From: Lingula anatina
Lineage: Eukaryota; Animalia; Brachiopoda
Length of the DNA: 64,000 nt
Direction: 5' to 3'
NCBI GenBank assembly: GCA_051362555.1
Contig: CM120646.1
Span: 14,756,001 to 14,820,000, forward strand
The position numbers were made by a program, and so were the translations under genes. The notes under the pieces are model-generated. The model saw only the letters and a list, made by a program, of their open reading frames with translations, did not search any database and was not told where the DNA came from. Shown here one piece after another: positions 1-10,309 of the stretch; position 1 is the stretch's first letter, and each line of letters begins with the position of its first letter.

Positions 1-170
1 ATTACTGTCAGCTTGGCCAGCTTAAGCGTCGGTCCCGCCTACTAAAAGCTGTAAGGGGTAATTAACTATGGTGCCCGCTCAGCTGACTGCAATTTAGCGT
101 GAACCCCCAGGGAGTTATGTGGATCTAAAACTTAATCCTTAGATCGATCTAAATCTCTGGGAAAGCACCC
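1..170 (-). mobile_element. Partial MITE copy (window edge), inverted relative to the copies at 6529-6959
   Basis: Reverse complement of 1-114 aligns at roughly 85% by eye to the MITE core (CTCCCTGGGGGTTCACGCTAAAT...GTTAATTACCCCTTACAGCTT...CTGACAGTAAT). The stretch ends in the TIR-like TAGATCGATCTAAATCTCTGGGAA. Confidence 0.85.
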
Positions 171-377
171 TTTGAAGCTCTTTCGCCCGAGATGACGTCA
201 GAAGCGTGTCAGACAATTAAACTGATTACATTGAATGCACTTTAGCGAGAATCGCCAGAGTTGGATCGATCAAGCCAGTACGACAGGGTATATCTGAATG
301 CGGTCTAAGACTCACATGACAACAGTCCCAGACCAAGACCCCAGGAGTTTTAAGTAAGAAAAGTAGGCCCTCACATA

Positions 378-2027
378 CAGGGTTACCATTTAATATGGAA
401 TATTATTTTTTGGCGAGTAAATTTTCTACAAAATATTTAATTTCTCTCTAACTACTTTAAATCCAAAGCTGAGGTGTCACTCCATGTGTAGCCAGGTGTG
501 TTACCTAATTACCATACAACTCTCGAAACAATTGATGCATGCAGTTGCATGTTCTGTGGTCAGAAATGTGAGGGGTGGTCTTTTCGGCAATTTCTACCCT
601 TGTATAAAACGCATGGGTTTGGTCAATCTTTGGAGTATGTTTAGAGAAGCAACAAAGGGATCGCTCTGAAACTTTACAGGCGCCTTAGTGAAGATATGGT
701 TCGACAGCTAAGCAACGCAGCTTACTATGGGATTCTTGCACTCAGAGAAAATGGCCAGAAACGGACATCCATTCCCAGGTAATTCAACATTTATCAGGAA
801 CCGTTTGTGAAGTCCTCCAAAGAAATGCTGCGACAGGGGCACCTTATCCAATACCTCGACTAGGGTGTCCGCGTATCACACCAAGAAGACAGGATCGCCT
901 TCTCCTCACAGGACGCCGTGCTGGTCGTACAAAGACAACCAGTGTCCTCAGAAAAGAGAGGAGAAAGTCATTCAAACGCCCGTTTCAAGGTCCCTCGTGA
1001 ACAAGATATTACTGCAAGCCGGTTATTTTGCACGAAGGCCAGTAGGGAAACCACTGTTAACATATACAGCGACGTCTGCAATGGGCTGGGGACCACGTGC
1101 GTTTGCAGCCAAAACACTGGAATCACGTCGTTTTCAGTGATGAGGCCAGATATGGATTTTTTAGGGTTGATCGTCGAATCCGTGTCCACCGACGTGTACG
1201 AGGGGAATAAAACGATGATTGTGTACTGCCTAGGGTGCAAGCAGGGGATGGTAACGTCTCTGTTTGGGGAGCATTTCATGTCGGTGCCCAGAACCAGTTG
1301 GTTTTTCTAGGAGGCAACCTCATCCAGGATTCCTACAGAGACATTCTACAGCAAACAATGCTTCGATTGGTAAGAGTCATCTTCAGGAACAACTTTGTGT
1401 ACCAAGACGACTGCGCAACCCCACATCGAGGCCGCAGAATCACTGTTTTTCTTCAAAACCAATGGGTTCAGCAACTGCCCTGGCCTGCAAACTCTCCAGA
1501 TATGAACCCAATTGAAAATCTGTTGGCGGCAGTAATTCACAGAATTAATAGCTATGGTCCTAGGCCGGTAAATTGTGATGAACTGCGACAGGCAAATATC
1601 ACTGCGTGGAATGATATCTCTACCCAAACTCTAAAAAACGTGTCACAGGGTATGCCAGGTAGGATGAGGGCGCTGCAAGCGGCTGCTGGAGGTCATACCC
1701 GCAATTACTGACTTTTCATGATTAATTGTAGTGAGATCTTTGATTGTGTAAGATATCACTGTCCGGAGGCTATCATTTTCTTTAATATCTTATCTTAAAG
1801 TTTATAATGACATCAAACTGTTGATATGGTTTTCTGGGGGTGTTCCTTTCCTTTGAATGGCATCTTATGTCAGATTTGATATTATTGACCAAAATATCTC
1901 ACAACAGAAGACTGGATGTTATTATTACTCAGTGACATACATTTTTAATGACTCAAGCCCAAAAAATTTAAATCAGCACTCAAAAATAACAATGATAAAA
2001 AATATTCCATATTAAGTAGCAACCCTG
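378..2027 (+). mobile_element. Tc1-family (DD34E) DNA transposon, full length but decayed
   Basis: TIRs CAGGGTTACCATTTAATATGGAATATT (378-) and AATATTCCATATTAAGTAGCAACCCTG (-2027). TA on both sides (376-377, 2028-2029). Internal transposase fragments. Confidence 0.95.
696..1711 (+). pseudogene. Tc1 transposase pseudogene
   Basis: ATG 696 (MVRQLSN...) with an early stop and frameshifts. Motifs VVFSDE, VSVWGAF, YQDDCATPHR and WPANSPDMNPIE, with 34 residues between the second D and E. Confidence 0.93.
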
Positions 2028-2326
2028 TAAATTTGTGTTAGAAGGTTCTGTAACCGTCTGTTGACATTACAGAAAAAACATCTTCTTCACATTCTTGATC
2101 CGCCAGTGTTTCAGTAAATATCTAATTGCAAACAATATGCATTGATGTTCAGGCTGTTTATATGTCGGCCTATATCATACATATGCATGACATTATTAAA
2201 CTCCCATACACCATGCAGCTGTGATAAAGTAAAATAAATTTTTAATTTTGTTTCCATACAGAGAAAAGATCAGAGGTTGATCGGTATCGTTGTGATAGGA
2301 CATCACGGGGAATATATACACTAAAC

Positions 2327-3490
2327 ATGCCGTACTGTCAAAAAGGGAAACTATTTCTTTTCACAGTGATTTTAGGCCTAGTATTCCTGGTTTTAAACTC
2401 TTGGTACGAACATGTCATGCTCATTGCAAAAAAGGATTCGTTTTCGCTGGGTTGCAAATCAAGTTTTGACTTGCAAAGAAGCCATTTGTTGACTGGTCAA
2501 TCGGCAGCGGAGACTATAACGGCCAATAAGAACTTTATTGCGGACATGCAAAGGCGCCAGTATCAGATACTTAAAAAGTACCTAAATGGGTTCAAACGAG
2601 CTCTCCTTGTGAATCTCTTTGACACTCAAAATATTGGAGACCATTTTATACTATGGGGCGAGCGACATATCTTATCCTGGTTCAACATTAGTACCATAGA
2701 CATATGTTTACGGTCGAGGCGATGCGACTTCAATCATGTTAGACGAGGAAAAGAACTCATTATTTTCATTCAAGGGGGTGGATATCTTGCCGCTACGGGA
2801 AGACACCTCAATTATATAAAATATGTTTTTCGAGCTTTCCCCGATAACCGGATTCTCATGTTTCCCGCCAGCTCTTGCGTAGAAGCACCAAACATTTGTA
2901 ACAGTATGCAGGAATGGGCTGCACTGTTTGATGCACATCCAGATTCAGTGATGACAGTGCGGGATAAACAGACTTTCACCTTGGCAAAAAAATATTTCCG
3001 AAACACGCCCATTGAGCTTGTCCCAGACGCCGCGTTTGCTGTCGGGTACCAAGACTTCAGCAGCTACCTTCCGTCGTACGATATCATCTGTTTGAAAAGA
3101 AAAGATTGGGAAACAGCAAGTGGGCTGAAATCTCTCCACTCTTTTATTAGCAAAACAACGACCCTTATTGACGATTGGCCAAAGATGGTTGGCGGTAACA
3201 GCCGTTCGACTAATTTTAGCGCACAAGCTTTCCTGGATGAATCTTTGGACAGATGCATTTTGGGACTGGTCTTCCTGTCACGTGGGCGGGTCGTAATAAC
3301 GGATCGGCTGCACGGGCATATAATGAGTATTCTGCTGGGTAAACCTTCTGTGTTGCTAAATAGCAAAACGAAGAAACAAGTTTATTTTTTTGAAACATGG
3401 GAAAGGGGCTCTAACCTAAACTCCGTTTATCTTGCACAAGACACCAATGGAGCGGCGGAAATGGCCAAGTTTTACTTACGTACAAAATAA
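2327..3490 (+). CDS. Polysaccharide pyruvyltransferase family protein (Pvg1/EpsI-like), type II membrane topology
   Basis: 387 aa single-exon ORF with N-terminal hydrophobic anchor (LFLFTVILGLVFLVL). Family motifs NIGD, GGG, VRD, PDAAF and VITDRLHGHIMSILLGKP. Splice acceptor TTTTGTTTCCATACAG ending 2261 just upstream implies a 5' exon (candidate donor at 354). Confidence 0.88.
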   Translation: MPYCQKGKLFLFTVILGLVFLVLNSWYEHVMLIAKKDSFSLGCKSSFDLQRSHLLTGQSAAETITANKNFIADMQRRQYQILKKYLNGFKRALLVNLFDTQNIGDHFILWGERHILSWFNISTIDICLRSRRCDFNHVRRGKELIIFIQGGGYLAATGRHLNYIKYVFRAFPDNRILMFPASSCVEAPNICNSMQEWAALFDAHPDSVMTVRDKQTFTLAKKYFRNTPIELVPDAAFAVGYQDFSSYLPSYDIICLKRKDWETASGLKSLHSFISKTTTLIDDWPKMVGGNSRSTNFSAQAFLDESLDRCILGLVFLSRGRVVITDRLHGHIMSILLGKPSVLLNSKTKKQVYFFETWERGSNLNSVYLAQDTNGAAEMAKFYLRTK

Positions 3491-4166
3491 TCTTTATATA
3501 ACATGTCCAATTGATGCAGATATGTGAGCATGTTTTTTTTTTCTTCTAATGAAAAAACACAGATCAAGCAATTGTGACAACGCGCATTGGGGAGGATGCC
3601 ACTCTTCCTGTTAAAATTGATTTTATTTAAAGACGCGTTTAAAACGAGTTGACATGTCAACTTTCTGCACTAAATCTGACCAATGCCGCCATACACTCGA
3701 CAGTTTCAAACAATGTAACTTAAAGAATACCTGAGGAGACAGGATTTTGCCGGACGTGACGTGTAGTGGTGTAAGACGTGAAGCTGAGTGGTCATTTTTA
3801 GCTGGAGGTGAACGGGAGTGAAGATGTGGGCTCAGAGAAAATATTCCATTTAAAAAATAGTCTAAGGCTGAATCCAACAACTTATAATAATAATGTACGC
3901 AGCTAAAACAAAAAATAAATCAGAAATTGATTTCTGTCACGAGCTGTTAAAATGAAGACGTTTATTAGAAATGAGGTTAAAGGAATATGATTCGCCTTTG
4001 GAAATTCTCCAAAGTCACGTTTCTGTCGAAATATATTGCAAAGCTAGCTAGCTTCTCTTGTTTATAACTTTAAAACAATTATTAAAACTGCTTAAATTGA
4101 GGAAGATAATATCGATGCTTCATTTTTTAAATGGCGCTCTAAAATATATATTTTTTTAATTAGAAA

Positions 4167-4807
4167 TGGGTCGAGATTATTTTTGAGTAGGAAGAAAAAT
4201 AAGATTTGGCGGGAAAATCATATATAGGAAACCTTTAAGGTATAAAGACATTAAATTGCAAATAAGTTATTAAGAGTTTGTTTAAGAGTTTGTTAGAACC
4301 TGAAAAATATTTATTTGATGTAAATATTAAGTAAATACAGAGTAGCATTTTCAAGATTCAGGGCTTCAAATCATAGACTTGCAATAGAAACTGGTAGACA
4401 TGAAAATTTACAAAAAATAGATAGGTTGTGTAAATATTGCTTAGACAAATATATTTATGAAATTGAAGATGAGAAGCATTTTTACTAGTTTGTCCACATT
4501 ATGAGGAATTGAGAGCTCGGTACATTCCTAATTTGAATACTAACAATACATCTTCAAATTGTTATATTGCTATGATGAAAATAAAAAAAATCCTGATGCT
4601 CTAAACAACTTGCTAGATTTATTTATCATGGTTTGATTGCTAGAGAAAACTGATGTGAAATGTCGAACTATAACCTTGTAATGTATTTGCTATGGGCCGG
4701 TGGCCTTTATCAATTGGATAAAGTTGGGTCGAGATTATTTTTGAGTAGGAAGAATCATATATAGGATACCTTTAAGGTATAAAGACATTAAATTACAAAT
4801 AAGTTAT
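4167..4807 (+). repeat. Direct repeat flanking the LINE (4167-4270 and 4725-4807)
   Basis: TGGGTCGAGATTATTTTTGAGTAGGAAGAA...ACCTTTAAGGTATAAAGACATTAAATT(G/A)CAAATAAGTTAT on both sides. The left copy has about 21 extra bp. Confidence 0.9.
4271..4724 (+). mobile_element. 5'-truncated non-LTR retrotransposon (LINE) 3' end
   Basis: Degenerate translation RFRASNHRLAIETGRHENLQKIDRLCKYC...EIEDEKHF/LVCPHYEELR, the typical C-terminal CCHC region of LINE ORF2. Flanked by a long direct repeat. Confidence 0.8.
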
Positions 4808-5386
4808 CAAAATTATGACCTACAATTCAAATTTGAATGTGCTAATGGCATAAAACGTCTTAAAATATCTTAATCCCTTCGCAAATTAACATTCCGTATA
4901 CTGTAGTGGCGGCATCAATGTTAAAAGGTTTTACAGTCTTTAATCAATATGATATCAATTTTTTTTTTTTTTTTGGATCCAGATTAAAAGTGTAAAAAAT
5001 GGGACAAGAAAATAAGGAAGAATTTCAATGTTTTTTTCGTCATTACTTAACTCTTAATCTAATACACAAACAGAGACGACCTGGAATATTGACATGATGG
5101 CCTTTCACTCCTCTTAGTCCGGCAAGTGTGTCGAACGTATCCCCAGTATCATTACAAGATAAGATAGTTTTATCGTAATCGCACGCCATGTACAGACAGC
5201 ACTACTCCACCAAACGCATACCAGCATAGCTTGATCGTACCTATATTCTAGTTTTATACTAATACATAATAAACGACAGGTAAGAGAAAAATAAAAAAGA
5301 CCTTTCAGTTAGTGACTTATTCACCATAGTGGCGTGTTTATTCAATTTTTTTTTCTTTTTAAGTTTTTTTTTTGTTCCTGGCTTAC

Positions 5387-6350
5387 CTGTAATATTGATC
5401 ACATACACACAACGTAGATCTACCGGGTACTGCCCTTGCCTATAGCCGGGTGACAGGATAGTTCCGGACGTGTTGACGAAGTAGTTCTCACCACAAAGTG
5501 GATTCATGGTTGATACCTCCAGCACTGGCATTGTTGTTGGCACCTTTGTTGTAAGTGGTGTCGTCGTTGAAGAAATTGTGGTTGGTGGCGTTGTTGGTTT
5601 GATTGTTGTCGGCGTAGAAGTAGTAGTAGTAGTTGTAGTAGTAGTAGTTGTTGTTGTTGTAGTAGAAGTTGCAGTAGTAGTTGTAGTGGTAGTAGTAGTT
5701 GTTGTCGACGTTGTCGTTGGCATCTCTGCCTTGTATTTTAACATGAACCCAGAGCTGTACGAAGACTCGTCCGTTTTTAATCTTATGACTATCGGTAGGG
5801 AAGATATGGTAAATGTTTTATTCCCCGATTCAACGCCGCAGTACTTCATCCCGCTGTTGTTTTTGTTGTTGTTGATGATCTCCAAGAAGTCATACGGACA
5901 CGACCCGTTGTATGGCTCCAAGCGGGTGTTGACAAAAGTCAGCGAAACTGAAAGAGCTCCTGAAAGTGCGGACGAGGAATGAATCACGTCAAACCAAAAG
6001 ACAGATGAAAATGAAGTTTTAGCATAATACTAGTAAAAACATACATATTTATGATTTTATAATTATTGACCGCCCGTATTGCAGGATATAACTAGAACAT
6101 GTACATGCATCAACCTTGCTGCATACCTGGCCCCGATTTTTATTTAAAAATCTAGTTTGAAAGTTTGTTGCCGACTATTTTAAAAATTCTAAATTCATTT
6201 TTTATAGTATACCTCGCCGAATAGCCGTTTCTTTCTGGAAACCAAGCACAAGCCTTCGTGAGGTTCTTTTTTAAAAAAACTGACCATATAATGGTAACAT
6301 TAGGCCTTTCCATTTGCAGCAAATAAAGCCATGTCCTTTTTTCTCCCAAT

Positions 6351-6404
<54 letters not shown>

Positions 6405-8093
6405 TCTTGACAGAAATTTATGAGACAAAGCCTGCAGTTGGAAGGAGTCCTAGATTCATATCCCTAATACAATTTTCCAATTGTGCTGTAGTCCTTTAAT
6501 CAACTATATACCAAAAAAGGTCAATTTAGACCCCATTTCCAGAGATTAGATCGATCTACTTTAGATCGACCTATCTCCCTGGGGGTTCACGCTAAATAGC
6601 TGTCAGCCGAGTGGACACGAAAGTTAATTACCCCTTACAGCTTGTAGTAGGCGGGGCGGACATTTAAGCCGGATTATCTGACAGTAATCTAGTGAGACTC
6701 CCCACGGGGATAGATCGATCAAAAAGCTCTGGGAATACAGCCTTACACCCCATTTCCATAGATAAGATCGACCTACTTTAGATCGACCTATCTCCCTGGG
6801 GGTTCACGCTAAATAGCTGTCAGCCGGGCGGACACGAAAGTTAATTACCCCTTACAGCTTGTAGTAGGCGGGACGGACATTTAAGCCGGATTATCTGACA
6901 GTAATCTAGTGAGACTCCCCGCGGGGATAGATCGATCTAAAATCTATGGGAATAGAGCCTTAGAAAAGACTTGACTCAAACAATTTCCTCTAAGCAATTC
7001 GGTGCCACTGCCATACATCCAGAAGGGTGTCAAAAGGGGGGCAGTATTTTAATGTATGTCTTTCCTTCCGATTTGGGAAGAGATTTAGATTATATCCATC
7101 AAGCAACGGAGAACAGTCACCACAAAACGTTTGAAGAACAAAGTGTTTCTGAAAAGGGTACGGCTGACCCCTCCCCTCCCCCCTCACCCTTACTACCCTG
7201 GACCCGACAACGAAGATAGAAAAAAGCTTTATTTACAGGATTGGGATCGAGGCAGAGATATGGAGACAGACTACCTACCTCTGACGTCTATGACATATGA
7301 ACAGTTCAGATTTGGGGGATACCTGCCCAGGTTATAGCAGGGGGAAGAAATTCTACCTTCCTCTACTGTGTGGTTCATCTCTCCACATGGGGTCGTAACT
7401 GGACATTCTGCACTTAATTTTGTTGTTATTACTGCTGAAAAACAAACAAACAAATAAATCAGTACATATACAAATTAATATTTCTCGTTTGTAACGTCAC
7501 TTGATCTTCAAGACACACATTAAATCTGACTTATTTGGGAACTTAAGTTTTCTTACAAACTTTTTAATGTGGTTTTAATGAATGAATTTTTTTCCAATAA
7601 TCTTCCATATATATAAAAATGTATTAATCTCTTCACGTTTTCATTAAGAAGCACTTTTACAGAGACATTGAGTACATGCAGGTGGCAGTACGAATCATTA
7701 TACCACCATACAGTTACAGGAGAAACATATTGTCCAGCACTCAGTCCTTAAGGCATCTTGAATTTATCTACATTATATTTAGTGTTGCAAGTCAATCTGT
7801 TGTATCCGAACATTCTTTCACGGCGTCCAGATAAGGTTTCACGACAAAATTAGAATGTTTTTGCCTTATAAACATTAAAGTCATTAAAATCGAGCTGAGA
7901 AAAAGATGGGTGTCTTTTTCCAACCACCCATTTAAAAAATTTTCTTTACAAACAGATGTATATCTACTTCCTGTCCACCATAGCACGAAACCTTGATAAA
8001 AATCTCAACATTATTACCAAACGCCTTACCTTTGGGTAATGGGAATAACAGGGCGCAATAAAGATAAAGCCAGCGACCAGATAAGGGCGCCAT
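5387..8093 (-). CDS. Secreted CUB-domain / Thr-rich mucin-like protein, 3' end not located
   Basis: Exons 8093-8030 (MAPLSGRWLYLYCALLFPLPK, signal-peptide-like), 7434-7279 (CG..GRISSPCY..YPPNLNCSYVI) and 5959-5387 (C-half CUB with CPYDFLEI/YCG/TDES..SGF, poly-Thr linker, N-half of a second CUB). All introns are GT-AG, phase 1. Confidence 0.82.
6529..6959 (+). mobile_element. Tandem dimer of a 214-bp Tourist/PIF-Harbinger-like MITE
   Basis: Two near-identical units (6529-6742, 6746-6959) with imperfect TIRs (CCCCATTTCCAGAGATTAGATCGATCTA / TAGATCGATCTAAAATCTATGGGAATAGAGCC). TTA at 6526-6528, 6743-6745 and 6960-6962. Confidence 0.88.
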
Positions 8094-9732
8094 CCTGCTT
8101 CTCTGAAACACTGTATATTTGATATTGAAATAATATCAAGTCTGGCAAGCTTCTGTTGTTTCTACTCAGATGTGCTCATTCTGGACATTTTGATAAAAAC
8201 TCTGATCCGAAACAGAGTTCTATATTGATAGTCGGCTATGCAGTGATGCAACTGAAACTAGTCGACTTTATCTGTTAAATCTTATCCGCTGGATGTTACG
8301 AGATAAAACCGATTTATGTATATACATGGTACATTTTCTGATTAGCTAGGGATATTTTAAGGACACTGTGCGGGTTTCTCGCGTATTTTAATCAAGCAAA
8401 TTCTTTTCAAATGACAAATGTATGTGCGTGTTGAAAAGACTGGCACGTGGTTCGGCATTGCTTTCTATTACCGGTATCCTTGGCAGCCAACGCACGCAAC
8501 ACAATATTTATCAGCGTTATCACGTTATTATCAAATTTAAAACTTTCATCTTTTAGCATAAATGATAGTGACTCAAAGTTCTAGATGAATTTTGGGGAAA
8601 TTTTAATTCAATTGTTTATTTTTCTTTTAAAGCCCTCCGATGGCGTTAGATCATATTTTACAAATTAAACAATTTTTGCTAAAACGTGAAGATTCATCCC
8701 TCCAAAACCGACGATGATCTTTAAAAGTCTGTTTACTGTTCTGTAAGAATAGGTTTAGGCGGCTCCCGAGAGGGAAGGGGGGGGGGGGTCGAAATTTGTT
8801 GTTGTGATTTTTTGCTTTGCTTGCATACATGTATGCTGTCATCAAATGAAAAATATCAATGCAAACCGCACCTGGGGCATAGCTTACGATACAACACAAT
8901 CTGTGTTCCACCTCTCCTAGGCCAAAGTGAGGTTTTCTTCTGTCACCATTGTCAAGGGCACAGCAAGTCTCGTAACCCCCCCCCCCCCCAGCTTCGGTGT
9001 TACCCCTTGCTATATCAGGGGGAAAAACGATTGGCTAACTTAACGGTAGAAAGTGAAAAGTCTGCTCCCGATTATTCAACGGATTCCACTTTGCGTTTGG
9101 GATTTCAATACCAGTATAGTGCAGCGTTTAATAAACGATTTAGGAAAAATATGGTAACCTAAAATATCAGTCCTGTATACGCATACATGGAAGTACGAAG
9201 TATGTAATAATAAGGCTGCTATGAACTTTTAATTTTTACAATTTAAACAGCAATTGTTGCTTTATTTGAATAAACAAACAAACAAAAAATACGTTTCAAA
9301 TCTAGTAGATTGTAAGTCCAGAAAATTCAATACTATTTTTTTTCTGTGCGTTTTAGATGGAATAGAAAACAACCCGTATAGTGCATTTATCTTCAGCAGT
9401 TACTGGGTGGACAACCAATGTAATGGCAGGGGCAGAAACTGACTAGAATGTATGGACATGTATAGTGTCTTAATATAAAAAATCAAAAGCATAAATTTGG
9501 AGTAATTTTAGTTGTAAAAATTTTACAGTCTACCCAAAATTATTATCCTGAATAATTCAAACTTCAGGCATTGCAAGAAAATTAAGATGGCGGTCATGCA
9601 GACACACACTTGTACTCCACAAAAGAATTGACAAATATCATCAAATTTTATTTGCATATATCACCAACAGATTAGTCTACAACTTCACCAGCCTTAAAAA
9701 ATAAATCAACCTTTATAAAGTACTTGACCTGA

Positions 9733-9734
<2 letters not shown>

Positions 9735-9800
<66 letters not shown>
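9735..9800. repeat. (TA)n microsatellite
   Basis: Long perfect TA run downstream of the decarboxylase stop codon. Confidence 0.95.
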
Positions 9801-9802
<2 letters not shown>

Positions 9803-10309
9803 AGATCCTCTAATTCTCTTTTCTTCAGTCTTTCAAGTAATTTACATATATACAAATAATAACTATGGCATCAAGTCCTGAAAACTGCAGTTAAAACAAC
9901 AAAAATTGGAATGAGTATATAAAATAAACTGTCACTGTGTTATATAAAAAACTTAGCTCATGACAAAATGTACAAGTATACACAGGTGAACATATATATC
10001 TGAGTTCTCACGGCAAAACTGTCAGACGGAAACATAGGTGTTTGTTTGTTTATGGCTTGAAAAATAAGCTGATACATGTACTTTATTAGCTATAATATGT
10101 TTTGTCTGTCAGCCATTACCCTCTACCAGGGCGACAGATTGATTTTTCACAGATATTCACAGATAGGTCTCTAGATAAATAGACAGACATTTTGGTCTGA
10201 TTTAGCAAAACAAAGTCCACAATAATAACTGAGACCCTGGAAGAGGGTAGTCAGCCATCATGAGAGAACGTGGCTGTAATGTTTCCGACATCTGCACATC
10301 ATAGTAGCA

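Noticed and set aside
5050-5240. Candidate terminal exon for the CUB gene
   Set aside because: A possible acceptor gives GTIKLCWYAFGGVVLSVHGVRLR*, with no CUB similarity and a poor pyrimidine tract. Unsupported.
5506-5982. Poly-Val ORF on the + strand
   Set aside because: Antisense shadow of the poly-Thr CUB exon.
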